This document shows positions 38,137 through 48,982 of a stretch of DNA of 64,000 bases, in pieces (within the stretch, counting starts at the first letter, position 1; each line of letters opens with the position of its first letter). The stretch is from positions 58,854 to 122,853 of the forward strand of contig CAZQQT010000008.1 in NCBI GenBank assembly GCA_964595645.1, read 5' to 3'. This stretch comes from an uncultured Thermococci archaeon (GTDB lineage: Archaea; Methanobacteriota_B; Thermococci; Methanofastidiosales; B48-G16). The notes beneath the pieces are model-generated. The model saw only the letters and a list, made by a program, of their open reading frames with translations, was not told the DNA's origin and searched no databases. A program made the translations under genes and the position numbers.

Positions 38137-39843
38137 TTGTACTGTGTACCGAGGCGTGTCCAAATGAACAAGATGGGTACTCATATGTCAGCATTCCTTA
38201 TAATGATAGTAGTCCTCACAAGTTGCATTACCGAAGAAAGCAAGCCCGAGACATCAACTAAAGAACACGTAACAAATTTCGTTCTCAATGGAGGATTTGA
38301 AGAAGGAGATGCTACTCCTCTTCATTGGATAGTTGAAGCCTCCCGATCTCCAGGATTGGAGATGTACCGAGATAGTACCGTATCGTACAGTGGCGATGCT
38401 AGTCTTGCTATTATGAATAGCGATAAGACCAATAGTGCATTCAATGTGTGGAAACAGACAATCAAAGAACCACCTGTATGTAAAAGACTGATAATTTCTG
38501 GCTTTATAAAAATTGAAGACCTTGGCTGGGTGAACCCTAACTGTGCGGGAAAAACAGGTGTTCATGTGGAGGTGAAGGATACACAAGGAACTGTTATACG
38601 TGACATATATTACAGATATTACCCGTGGCTTGTACACAGTCACGACTGGATTGAGATACAGGGCGATCTTTTTCTGTCATCAGAAGCAAAAGAACTTCAA
38701 ATTACAGCATTTCTTCAAGGGGAAGGCCAAGTGTGGTTCGATGATATTCAGCTTACAAAAGCATCGGTGGAAACAAAACAATGGACAGTTATGTTCTATG
38801 ACGATGCAGATTTTCCTGGATTCAATCCAAAAACAGTATTTGAGAATGAAGCGTATGCCACTGAGGATCTCAATGTGCTCATCCTCGAGGATACCTATGG
38901 AGGTCCTGCGAGCACATGGTCTCTCCAAGAGAACGGGAGATCGGTGAAGGTAAAGGAGAACGGCGAAGTGAACATGGCTTCATATGAAACATTGAAAGAT
39001 TTCATTGTATTTTGCAAGAAATGGTATCCTGCAGAGCGGTACATGCTCCTCCTCTACGATCACGGTGCTGGTTGGGAGGGAGCTTGCGTGGATAAGACAG
39101 ATAGTTCCGACTGGGTCGACTGGCTCACTCCCGACGAAATGAAGCAAGCGATAACAGAGACAGGTGGTATTGATATTATTGGGTTCAGTGCACCGTGCTT
39201 TATGGGCGCCATCGAGCCGGTGTATGAACTGCGGGACTGCGTGGATGTCTATATCGGTAGTGAGGCACCAAGCGGATATATATGCTGGAGGGGCATTATC
39301 GGAAATATTTGTGAGACATTGGATAAAAATACAGATCTTTCTACTAGTAAAGTAGGCAACGTGATCATTGAGTCAATCAGAGATAATGCTACCTCACCTT
39401 CTTTGGGATTGAAAAGAGAAATAACGATGAGTGCTGTACAAACGGACAAGATCGGAGCTCTGGCGGAAGCGATAGATACACTGGCTTCTGATTTAATTCA
39501 GAGACTGCCGGCATCACGGGAAAGTATTGAAGAGATGGAAGATACAACTCAATGGGTAGTCGATATTTATACTTTGGCAGATAAGCTCTCTCGGCGGTTT
39601 CCAGAACTGCGTGAAAACACCCAAAAAGTCAAGGATACACTCTCAGAAGCGATAATCAACGAATGTCACGGTGACGAACATCCAGACGCACATGGATTAA
39701 CAGTTTACTTCCCACAATTGCATCCCGAACATCCATCTCTTGTGTATGATCCCTCCTACGCAACCAGTAATCTTGATTTCATCGAAGATACACATTGGGA
39801 TGAATTCCTTGCACTGTACAACGAAGAAACAGAGAACTCCTAG
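38137..39843 (+). CDS. Clostripain-related (C11) cysteine peptidase lipoprotein with N-terminal CBM-like domain
   Basis: Signal with Cys (LTSC); NGGFEEG...VWFDDIQL jelly-roll; WTVMFY, DHGAGW, FSAPCFMG, HGLTVYFP. Confidence 0.85.
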   Translation: MYCVPRRVQMNKMGTHMSAFLIMIVVLTSCITEESKPETSTKEHVTNFVLNGGFEEGDATPLHWIVEASRSPGLEMYRDSTVSYSGDASLAIMNSDKTNSAFNVWKQTIKEPPVCKRLIISGFIKIEDLGWVNPNCAGKTGVHVEVKDTQGTVIRDIYYRYYPWLVHSHDWIEIQGDLFLSSEAKELQITAFLQGEGQVWFDDIQLTKASVETKQWTVMFYDDADFPGFNPKTVFENEAYATEDLNVLILEDTYGGPASTWSLQENGRSVKVKENGEVNMASYETLKDFIVFCKKWYPAERYMLLLYDHGAGWEGACVDKTDSSDWVDWLTPDEMKQAITETGGIDIIGFSAPCFMGAIEPVYELRDCVDVYIGSEAPSGYICWRGIIGNICETLDKNTDLSTSKVGNVIIESIRDNATSPSLGLKREITMSAVQTDKIGALAEAIDTLASDLIQRLPASRESIEEMEDTTQWVVDIYTLADKLSRRFPELRENTQKVKDTLSEAIINECHGDEHPDAHGLTVYFPQLHPEHPSLVYDPSYATSNLDFIEDTHWDEFLALYNEETENS

Positions 39844-39882
39844 TAGGCAAACCTTCTTAATACTACGAAACGTACGGAGATT

Positions 39883-40890
39883 ATGACAGTTTCAGTTCAG
39901 AACTCTCCAGCGTTAATCGGTAACACACCTGTTGTACGACTTTCTACGATAGATAACGGGTATCCCTTTGAGCTATGGGGAAAATGTGAGTTCATGAACC
40001 CGACAGGGAGCATCAAGGATCGCATGGCATACTACATGATCAACGAAGCAGAAAAAAGTGGCCGGTTGCGATCTGGTATGACAATTGTCATTGCCACGAC
40101 AGGAAATACTGGTATTTCTTTTGCTGCATGGGGCGCGTACTTCGGTTATAAGGTGCTCATTGTCATGCCTGAGGAGATGAGCTACGAGAGGAAGCTGCTG
40201 GATCAGCTCTTCGGTGCGGAGCTCCAGTATACGCCCGGCGGTGAAAGCGATGCGATGGGAGCACTGGAGTACTCAAAAAAACTAGAAAGAGAGAATCCCG
40301 GTACGTACTGTGCGCTGGATCAGTGGAGTGCCGAGGCAAATGTGACCGCACACTACGAGACGACGGGAAAAGAAATCATAGACCAGTGTGAAGCGATCAG
40401 CGCATTTGTGGCCGGTGTCGGCTCTGGCGGGACGTTAGTCGGTATCGCGAAACGATTGAAAGAAATTAATTCGGAAATTATTACTGCCGGTATGGAACCT
40501 GCCGAGTGTCCTACCGTAGAGCAATGGATGAAAACAGGAAACGACGGCGCGTGGGGTCGGCATGAAATTGAAGGAATCGGTGATGGATTCGTTCCCGACA
40601 TTATCGCAAGACATGAAGACTATATCGATGACTGGGTAACGGTGAGCAGTGACGACGCCATAGCGATGGCACGAAAAATTGCACGAAACGAGGCGTTAGC
40701 ACTCGGGATCTCTTCAGGAGCGAATGTGGCAGCCGTGATACGGCTGGCAGAACGATACAAGCTTGAAGAAGATGAGAAAATTGTCACAATCCTCCCCGAT
40801 TACGCTGCACGGTACTTCAGCACCCGATTATTCCTTACAAGACTGTTAACGATGGAAGAACATAGAAAAATGCTGGAACTCGCGAGGTGA
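39883..40890 (+). CDS. Cysteine synthase / cystathionine beta-synthase family PLP enzyme
   Basis: IGNTP, NPTGSIKDR, TTGNTG, GVGSGGT, IEGIG, GISSGAN. Confidence 0.9.
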   Translation: MTVSVQNSPALIGNTPVVRLSTIDNGYPFELWGKCEFMNPTGSIKDRMAYYMINEAEKSGRLRSGMTIVIATTGNTGISFAAWGAYFGYKVLIVMPEEMSYERKLLDQLFGAELQYTPGGESDAMGALEYSKKLERENPGTYCALDQWSAEANVTAHYETTGKEIIDQCEAISAFVAGVGSGGTLVGIAKRLKEINSEIITAGMEPAECPTVEQWMKTGNDGAWGRHEIEGIGDGFVPDIIARHEDYIDDWVTVSSDDAIAMARKIARNEALALGISSGANVAAVIRLAERYKLEEDEKIVTILPDYAARYFSTRLFLTRLLTMEEHRKMLELAR

Positions 40891-40894
40891 ATGC

Positions 40895-42316
40895 ATGGAT
40901 ACAGCGATAATTAATACATGGTTGCTGACCTTCCATGGACAAGGACTGGGAATTGTTCGAGATGGTGCGGTAGGCATTGAAGATGATACAATTGTTTATG
41001 TGGGGAGTACCGATGAGTGTGAGTATACCTCTGCCGATATTATTATAGATGGATCGGATCATGTAACCATGCCCGGTTTCGTTAATGCTCATACACACAC
41101 TGGGCTCACTCTTCTTCGAGGGTGTGCACAGGATCTTCCCGAGATTGAATGGATGAATCGAGCGCTTGGACCACTGGCACGTCATATGCATCCGAAAGGT
41201 AAAATACTCGGGTCACAACTGGGGGTACTGGAGGGTCTGCGCTCTGGCATTACTACTTTTTCTGAGTACTGTACCAACATTGCTGAAGTAATCACAGAGG
41301 TGTATCGTCCCTTTCACGTGCGAGTCGTTGCTACGGAGACAATAAATGAGGTGTGCGGGAAGGGAGAGAAACCCACAGATCTCTATGAACTCGATCCTGC
41401 CAAGGGCGAAGAGGCCCTGAAGCGTACAGAGGATCTCTTCAATCACTATGGGGACGAAGAGATGATCTCATGTCTGTACGGTCCTCAGGCGTTGGACATG
41501 ATCTCACTCGAGACATTATCGTATGTGAAAGAACGAGCGGATGAGCGAGGATCAGCAATTCATATGCATGTAGCGCAAGGAGAACGGGAACGGTTGCAGA
41601 TTAAAGGACGCTACGGAAATGATGCAACAACAGTCTCAGTTCTCTATAGATATTCGATGCTGGATGATCACCTCATTGCTGTACATATTCACGATACAAC
41701 GGAGACGGAGAGAGAGCTGATGGTGAACAAAGGAGTGAGGATGGTGGGCTGTCCCAGCTCCATCGGGATGATCGATGGGATTGTGCCTCCTCTCCATCAC
41801 TACAGATCTCTCGGCGGTACCGTTGCGCTCGGTACTGATCAAGCACCAGGCCCGGGAACACACAACATGATCCGCGAGATGCGTACGGCAAGTCTCCTCT
41901 CAAAAATACATACACAGAATCCGGCTGTGCTCCCTGCGTGGATCTCACTCCAACTCGGGACTGTTGGTGGTGCAAAGGTTCTTGGGCTCGAAGAACAGAT
42001 TGGAACACTAGAGGAAGGTAAAAAGGCTGATATCATTACAATCGATCTCTGTCATCCACACCTCGCGCCGGTGATTACACACCCATTCAAAAATTTTGTT
42101 CCCAATCTAGTCTACGCAGTACAAGGATCAGAGGTGGACAATGTGTTAATCAATGGGCAATTTATACTGCGTGATGGGGCATTCACTACTATAGATGAAG
42201 AAAAAATCTGCAAAAACGCAAATAAAAAAGCAGCGCAGATAGTAGAACGAGCAGAAGAAGATTGGAGGGCTGCAAATTCCTCATTTGTGATGTATACAGA
42301 GAAAGGATGGCTGTAG
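40895..42316 (+). CDS. Amidohydrolase (MtaD/SsnA-like deaminase family)
   Basis: PGFVNAHTH, HMHVAQ, LGTD, GTLEEGKKADII. Confidence 0.88.
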   Translation: MDTAIINTWLLTFHGQGLGIVRDGAVGIEDDTIVYVGSTDECEYTSADIIIDGSDHVTMPGFVNAHTHTGLTLLRGCAQDLPEIEWMNRALGPLARHMHPKGKILGSQLGVLEGLRSGITTFSEYCTNIAEVITEVYRPFHVRVVATETINEVCGKGEKPTDLYELDPAKGEEALKRTEDLFNHYGDEEMISCLYGPQALDMISLETLSYVKERADERGSAIHMHVAQGERERLQIKGRYGNDATTVSVLYRYSMLDDHLIAVHIHDTTETERELMVNKGVRMVGCPSSIGMIDGIVPPLHHYRSLGGTVALGTDQAPGPGTHNMIREMRTASLLSKIHTQNPAVLPAWISLQLGTVGGAKVLGLEEQIGTLEEGKKADIITIDLCHPHLAPVITHPFKNFVPNLVYAVQGSEVDNVLINGQFILRDGAFTTIDEEKICKNANKKAAQIVERAEEDWRAANSSFVMYTEKGWL

Positions 42317-42343
42317 ATTCGTTTTAAAAAAGAAGAAAATAGA

Positions 42344-44486
42344 TTACTGATGCTGTTTCACGAGCTCCACGACATCGGAGAAGTCAATACCCAGCCGTTT
42401 CACCGTTTCTAGTGTGGGAACACCGTTGTCGGTCCATCCCCGCCGTTTGTAGACGGCATCCTGAAGTTTTCTGTACTGTTCCTCTCGGTACTCCCGAAGT
42501 ATCTTTCGCTTTTCTTCAGTACTTTTTCCGTTTGGATCCGCACCGATATCCTCTTTCAGCTTTGTGTCGTACCGTTCCTGTCGGGACTCGTACTCCTCGT
42601 CGGTCACTGGACCCACGGCCCGGTAGGGAATGTAGTCGTACCCCCGCGTGCCCTGTCCCATACGGAGGTTGAAGATCCGCTGGAAGTTGTAGACTCGTTC
42701 GGACATCTCGATCAGATCGTTGTCGGTGACCTCTCTCCCAGTCACGCCTGAGAAAAAGTTGACATACGCCTTCACGTGCTCGGGAACCTTCGCAGGTTCA
42801 TCCGTTTCTGCGTTGTCAGGCGGCTCAACATCATTCCATGGGAGTTTACAGAGCCCACAGAGGCCAAACCACGTACGCCACATGGGGAAGTAGTGCAACG
42901 CCTCTGCCTTATCCTCGAAGGTGGGAATTCTATTCTGCACCATGTCCATGAAGATGAGCCACGCCTCGTCGTGTTGCGGTCCTTTGAGTGTCATGTAGTA
43001 GCCTCCCTGCTGTGCCAGTGACTCTCTCGTGACGTACTCGGACTGTTCCAGTCCTTTTCCCTCCATTCCTATATCCTCAAGAATGTCGGGATCTGCACCG
43101 TACTCTTCAGCAAAAATCGCTTTGAGTCGTTTGATCCCCTGTCCAACAGTTGCACCGAACTCTTCTCCTCTGGCCATCTGGTGCAGTACCTCTAGTACTG
43201 CATCGCTGTTGCCGAAGGCAAGCTCGAGACCTCCTGTTGTCTCATCATCGATGAGTCCCGCGTTCATAGCATTCCATTACGAACCCCATGATCGTGCCGA
43301 AGGAGATGGTATCCAGTCCGTAGGTATCGCAGTAGTAGTTTATTTCAATGAGTACCTCAGGATCGAAAATTCCGAGATTTGAACCACAGCCTGCGATAGT
43401 TTCATACTCCGGACCATCCACAGTTACAGTCTCTCCTTTGTACGGTCCTGTGGTGAGTTCAAAATCGTCCACACCCTTTGCACAGGCCATAACACAGCCT
43501 AACCAGCATCCATCCTGCGTGTCCTGCGAGAAAATCTCTTTAAACACGGGAGAACTGATTTTCTCAGCATCAGGATGCGATCCGTACTTAAAATTGTGGA
43601 CGGGGAGAAGATCGAACTCATTCATGATCTCCACGAGGTGTGAGGTCCCGACGGTGCGCATCCTGTTCTGCTGGGGATCGTACGTGATGATCTCTTTATT
43701 CAGTTTCACACCGAACTCCCTCACTCGTTCTTCGTCTGCGGGGTTGTTCTCAAACTTCCCGCTGTACTTGCATACAATTGCTTTGATGTTCTTGTCCCTG
43801 AAGACGGTACCTGTTCCTCCTCGTCCCGCCTGTTTTAGCCGGAATTTGCCACGTTTCGAATCGTAGAACGAAAAGTTTAGACATCCAATGCGTGTGTTTT
43901 CGGACCCTTCACCTGCAGATACAATCGAGATGCTTTTTTTATCTTTTTCATCAGCAGCGTATATCTCTATAAGTTGATTGTTGACATCGTAACTGTTCGT
44001 TTCTTCTATCGGCGCCTCCTCGATACGTACTTCTCCTTTGTCTCCATCGATAAATATAATCACATCATTGTCCGCTTTTCCTTGGATTTCCAATGCATCC
44101 CATCCCGAGAATTTTAGAAAGGGGCCGAAATGTCCTCCCACATTGCTGTCAATGGGGATCCCCGTTAATGGAGAGATCGTGGTGACAATCGATTTTCCCG
44201 ATCCGGGGAATACAGTAGTGCCTCCCAGAGGTCCACAGGAGATACAGAGTTCGTTCTCGGGACTGTCCCATTCAGTATCGTCGTTCACACCATTCCAGAG
44301 AAGCCAGAGGTCAAATCCCCTTCCGCCAATGAATGTCTTCTTCATTTTTTCTGTTACTTCTTTGCTTTTGATGGTATTCTCATTAAGATCCACATAGAGT
44401 GTCCTATTCGTATATCCTTTTTCCACCGGTACCAGCTCGTAGTTGAACGTCGCGAGAATTGTGTGATTTTTCTTCCTCTCTTTCAT
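42344..44486 (-). pseudogene. Tungsten aldehyde:ferredoxin oxidoreductase family, +1 frameshift near 43255-43262
   Basis: N-half (GGRG, AGRGG, CWLGCVMAC, GPEYET, GLDTIS) and C-half in different frames; span is 3n+1. Confidence 0.85.
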
Positions 44487-44583
44487 ACGATCACCTTCTC
44501 CTATAGTTATATTTCATACGTAATGGAGATTTATAACTGTTTTCCATGAAAAATTTTTTATGCGGATCCTCCAAGTACAAGGT

Positions 44584-45789
44584 ATGAATGCACTTTTCAT
44601 TGTATTGGACGGTCTTGGTGATAGGCTCTACGAAGGTACAACGCCGTTGATGGCGGCAGAGACCCCTCATATTGATGATCTTTCAAAAAATGGAATCAAC
44701 GGTGTAATGCATACCATACAGAGAGGGATTATTCCCGGAAGTGATACAGCACATCTTGCATTATTCGGCTACGATCCCTATACGTACTATAGAGGAAGAG
44801 GCACATTTGAAGCGCTTGGCGCCGGCTGTTCACTGAAAAAAGGAGATGTGGCGTTTAGGGCAAATATGGGTACCGTAGACGAAGATCTTGTAGTGAAAGA
44901 TAGGAGAGCCGGGAGAGATGCCTACAACCTTGCAGAACTTCTCCGAAAAATCGATGGAATGGAGATAGAGGGGGTCACTGTGTCTGTACGGCATACAACA
45001 GAGCATCGAGCTGTGGTGATCCTTCGGGGCGATGGCCTCACCAATGCCGTGTCCGATATTGATCCTCATGAGACAGGGGTGAAGGTACTGCAGTGCACGC
45101 CCCTCGACGAGGAGGCGGAGTTCACTGCTTCTGCGGTGAACGAGTTAGTGGAGAGGGCATATGCCGTTTTTTCTGAGGATCCTCTCAACGAAGAAAGGAA
45201 GAAACACGGCAAACTCCCTGCGAACTATCTTCTGCTTAGGGGTGCAGGCATCTACGAGAAAGTGGAGCCTGTCCAGGAGCGTTATGGGATTAATGCGTGT
45301 TGTATTGCAGGAGGCGCACTGTACAAGGGGGTGGCTGTCTATGTAGGTATGGATATCATCGATGTACCGGGAGCCACAGGTGCCGTGGACACCGATTTAA
45401 CGGCAAAGGCGGAAGCAGTAAAGGAGAAATTCGATGAGTACGATTTTTTCTTCGTACATATTAAAGGGACAGACTCTGCCTCTCATGATGGCAATTTTGA
45501 TCTCAAAAAGACGATGATAGAGCGAATTGATGCAGAGTTTGTCTCGAAAATCAAGAATCTGGACTGTATCACACTTCTTACCGGTGACCACTCCTCACCG
45601 GTACGACTAAAACGGCACTCGTCCGATCCTGTACCACTGTTGATGCATGGTAGCGGAGTGAGACGGGACAGCGTCGCACAGTTCAATGAGATCACATGTG
45701 CGGAAGGAGGGCTCGGACACGTCCAGGGAACACACATGATAAAAACTATTCTCGATTATATGGATAAGGGCGAGATGTTCGGTGAGTAG
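44584..45789 (+). CDS. apgM: 2,3-bisphosphoglycerate-independent phosphoglycerate mutase
   Basis: LDGLGD, PGSDTAHL, HIKGTDSASHDG, TGDHSSP. Confidence 0.94.
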   Translation: MNALFIVLDGLGDRLYEGTTPLMAAETPHIDDLSKNGINGVMHTIQRGIIPGSDTAHLALFGYDPYTYYRGRGTFEALGAGCSLKKGDVAFRANMGTVDEDLVVKDRRAGRDAYNLAELLRKIDGMEIEGVTVSVRHTTEHRAVVILRGDGLTNAVSDIDPHETGVKVLQCTPLDEEAEFTASAVNELVERAYAVFSEDPLNEERKKHGKLPANYLLLRGAGIYEKVEPVQERYGINACCIAGGALYKGVAVYVGMDIIDVPGATGAVDTDLTAKAEAVKEKFDEYDFFFVHIKGTDSASHDGNFDLKKTMIERIDAEFVSKIKNLDCITLLTGDHSSPVRLKRHSSDPVPLLMHGSGVRRDSVAQFNEITCAEGGLGHVQGTHMIKTILDYMDKGEMFGE

Positions 45790-46144
45790 TGAGAAAGGTG
45801 TCGATCTCTTCTATGCCCTTAATAAATTTTTTCAAATGAAATTTGAGTTGCCTATAATAGCTGGTATCAATAGAAGCTCCGAGGAATTCCAGTTCTCTCC
45901 TGTATTTTTTGAAAAGCGCTGTTCCCTCTGTATCGAAATCAGTGAGGATGATTATTTTTTTCTCCTTTTTTATCAGCCTGAGCGTGATATTGTACATGTT
46001 TTTCTGGGAGATACGAACTATTTCCGATCGTACTCCTACCTTTTTCAGCGCCCTCTTGTCTCTCTTTCCTTCTACGAGGATCACGGCGTTTTTTTCTCCT
46101 TTGAGCCGTTCTATAATTTCAAATACTTGTTCTTCTGATTTCAT
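45746..46144 (-). CDS. Small TOPRIM-domain protein
   Basis: LVEGKRDKRAL, ILTDFDTEG. Confidence 0.88.
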   Translation of the reverse strand: MKSEEQVFEIIERLKGEKNAVILVEGKRDKRALKKVGVRSEIVRISQKNMYNITLRLIKKEKKIIILTDFDTEGTALFKKYRRELEFLGASIDTSYYRQLKFHLKKFIKGIEEIDTFLTTHRTSRPYPYNRE

Positions 46145-46232
46145 GGAATTACCAGATTTTTAGTCCGTGCACGGAATAAACTCTCTGGAAAATAAATCAA
46201 CGGGTTATTATAAAAATTTTCCCAAAACACAC

Positions 46233-46275
46233 CGAAAAGTTTATAAAGAGGAGCAGTAATGAGTCAGTAGTGAGT
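46233..46275 (+). promoter_or_regulatory. BRE/TATA promoter followed by a tandem 11-bp repeat upstream of aCPSF1
   Basis: CGAAAAG-TTTATAAA (46233-46247); CAGTAATGAGT/CAGTAGTGAGT (46254-46275). Confidence 0.5.
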
Positions 46276-46328
46276 TTATGAGTTTTTAAAGAATAACTTA
46301 CTTTTTATAAAATTATACTGGTGATACG

Positions 46329-48254
46329 TTGGTTTCAGAGCAAATTCTTGAAGAAACAAAAGAGAAAATTAATGAAATTGTACCCGTTGGCACGGTGATT
46401 ACAGAGGTAAATTTTGAGGGACCTGAGCTTGTGATTTACACGAGGAACCCGAAGATAATGATGGAGGACGATGAGCTGATAAAGAAACTCGCCAAAAAAC
46501 TCCAGAAACGGGTTGTGATCAGACCCGATCCCTCTGTGTTGCTGGATGAGGAAAAGGCGGTAAAGAAAATCAAGGAGATCGTTCCTGACGACGCAGGCAT
46601 TGTTGATATTACCTTCGATCCTGTGACATGTGAGGTGATCATCGAGGCAGAGAAACCGGGGCTCGTGATAGGGAAGTCCGGAGAGATGCTGAGAGAAATC
46701 ACAAAGCAGGTACGGTGGGCACCGAAGGCTGTACGAAGTCCACCCATCCGAACGGATACTATCGCCGGCGTAAGAGCTGCTCTGCGGGACGACACTAAGG
46801 AGAGGAAGACGATACTGAGGAGGATAGGCGAAAGAATCTACAGAAACGGAAACTCCGAACCTGACTGGATCAGGGTAACCTCGTTGGGTGGATTTAGAGA
46901 AGTGGGTAGATCCGCACTACTTCTTCAGACATCGGAGAGTAAGGTGCTACTGGACTGCGGGGTGAATGTGGCGATTGATGATCCCAGCAGGGCGTACCCA
47001 CATCTGGAAGTTCCCGAGATGAAGTACATTCTCTCAAACCAAGAACTCGATGCGGTGATTGTTTCCCACGCACATCTCGATCACTCCGGATTTGTCCCGT
47101 ATCTCTACAAGTTTGGGTATGATGGTCCTGTGTACACTACACCCCCAACAAGAGATCTCTCGTCATTGCTCCAGAAAGACTATATCGATGTGGCGAGAAG
47201 AGAAGAACGGCCTATTCCCTACTCGAGTAAGGAGATAAAAAAGACGATACGCCACACGATTCCACTTGAACCAAGGGATGTGAGGGATATCACCCCCGAC
47301 ATACGGCTAACGCTCCACTCTGCAGGCCATATTCTCGGGTCCACGAGTATCCATCTTCACATTGGAGAGGGTCTTCATAATGTCCTGTATACCGGCGATT
47401 TTAAATATGGGAGCTCGAGACTGCTCTCAAAGGCGGATACTGGATTTCCTCGGGCTGAAACAATCATTATGGAGAGTACATATGGGGCATCAAATGATAA
47501 TTTAGCTCCGCGAAAGGATGCGGAAGAAGAGATGATCAGTATCATCAATAAAACCTTGAAACGAAAGGGAAAAGTCCTCATCCCTGCACTGGCCGTCGGG
47601 CGATCCCAGGAGGTCATGCTGGTTCTTGAGGACTATATGAAGAGGGGCGAACTGGAAGAGTCACCAATATTTATTGATGGAATGATATGGGAGGCGACTG
47701 CAATTCATACGGCATATCCCGAGTATCTCTCAAAAAATCTTCGAAGACTCATCCTCGGAAAGGATCAGAATCCCTTCCTCACCGATTACTTTGAAAGTGT
47801 TGGAAGTAACTCTAAGCGCCAGGACATTATTGAAGGTGGCCCATGCATAATTATTGCCACATCGGGGATGCTCGTCGGAGGTCCTTCTGTTGAGTACTTC
47901 AAAACTCTTGCCGACGACGCAAAAAATACACTTATCTTTGTGAGTTACCAGGGTGAGGGCACCATGGGGCGAAGAATCCAGAAAGGATGGGACGAGATCC
48001 CCATGAGAGATGACAACGGAAAAACTCAGGTAGTAAAAGTAAATATGGAGATTGAGACCATCGATGCGTTTTCAGGCCATTCCGATAGAAGACAGCTCAT
48101 GCGGTTCATGCAGACCATGAATAAAAAGGTGCAGAAGGTACTCGTCTGCCATGGGGAGCCACGGAAGAGCATCGATATTGCGAGTTCAATGTATAAAAAG
48201 TACCGGGTGGAGACAAGAGCGCCCATGAACTTAGAGACAGTGAGATTGGTGTGA
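46329..48254 (+). CDS. fttA: Beta-CASP ribonuclease aCPSF1 (transcription termination factor FttA)
   Basis: Two KH domains, SHAHLDH, AGHILGS, MESTYG, FSGHSD, C-terminal NLETVRL; TTG start with GGTGA RBS. Confidence 0.96.
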   Translation: MVSEQILEETKEKINEIVPVGTVITEVNFEGPELVIYTRNPKIMMEDDELIKKLAKKLQKRVVIRPDPSVLLDEEKAVKKIKEIVPDDAGIVDITFDPVTCEVIIEAEKPGLVIGKSGEMLREITKQVRWAPKAVRSPPIRTDTIAGVRAALRDDTKERKTILRRIGERIYRNGNSEPDWIRVTSLGGFREVGRSALLLQTSESKVLLDCGVNVAIDDPSRAYPHLEVPEMKYILSNQELDAVIVSHAHLDHSGFVPYLYKFGYDGPVYTTPPTRDLSSLLQKDYIDVARREERPIPYSSKEIKKTIRHTIPLEPRDVRDITPDIRLTLHSAGHILGSTSIHLHIGEGLHNVLYTGDFKYGSSRLLSKADTGFPRAETIIMESTYGASNDNLAPRKDAEEEMISIINKTLKRKGKVLIPALAVGRSQEVMLVLEDYMKRGELEESPIFIDGMIWEATAIHTAYPEYLSKNLRRLILGKDQNPFLTDYFESVGSNSKRQDIIEGGPCIIIATSGMLVGGPSVEYFKTLADDAKNTLIFVSYQGEGTMGRRIQKGWDEIPMRDDNGKTQVVKVNMEIETIDAFSGHSDRRQLMRFMQTMNKKVQKVLVCHGEPRKSIDIASSMYKKYRVETRAPMNLETVRLV

Positions 48255-48982
48255 TAGCTGTTAAACTTGCCTACGATGGGACGAGATTTTTTGGTTCACA
48301 GGTGCAGAACGATCGACGTACAGTAGAGGGAGAACTCAGAAAGCATTTTACTACCCGTTTTGTGAGCAGAACAGATAAAGGTGTCTCAGCGCTCGGCAAT
48401 GTGTTCTTCACCGGTGAGGATATACGTCTTCGACAGTACTCTTTTGAGGAAGTATGGCTGTACGGTAAAGCAGAAAGATGGAAGAGGCCTTTTAAAAAGA
48501 GATACTCTTACTTTTTATCTCCTGATATAGATAAAGAACTGGTATATGCAGCTTGTGAGATTCTCTCTGGAGAACACGATTTTTTTAACTTCTGTAAGAA
48601 GAACAGGACCCGTGAGATTGATTACGTAAAAAAAATCGATATAACACCCCATACATGCGAGTGTATTCAACTCGATTTTGTGGGTGAAAGTTTTCTCTGG
48701 GAGATGGTGAGACGACTGGCACAGGCGATCATTGAGATTGGAACGGGAGAACGCCCCCTCACCGATCTTGAAAATCTTTTAGAGGAGAGAACGCACAATA
48801 AAGTTCGTCCTGCACCTCCAGAGTATCTGCTATTGGTGGGTATCTCCGGATTTGATTTTTCGTACGACGAGTACATGTTGAAACGGATTATCGAATACTT
48901 CAAAAGTTCCTATCGAGATGCATTTTTAAAAAAGAACATCTTTCACCATTCACTGTCATTTTTGAGGGATCTCGATGTATGA
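48251..48982 (+). CDS. truA: tRNA pseudouridine(38-40) synthase
   Basis: AYDGTRFFGSQ, SRTDKGVSA, GEHDF, FLWEMVR, PAPPEYL. Confidence 0.9.
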   Translation: MIAVKLAYDGTRFFGSQVQNDRRTVEGELRKHFTTRFVSRTDKGVSALGNVFFTGEDIRLRQYSFEEVWLYGKAERWKRPFKKRYSYFLSPDIDKELVYAACEILSGEHDFFNFCKKNRTREIDYVKKIDITPHTCECIQLDFVGESFLWEMVRRLAQAIIEIGTGERPLTDLENLLEERTHNKVRPAPPEYLLLVGISGFDFSYDEYMLKRIIEYFKSSYRDAFLKKNIFHHSLSFLRDLDV

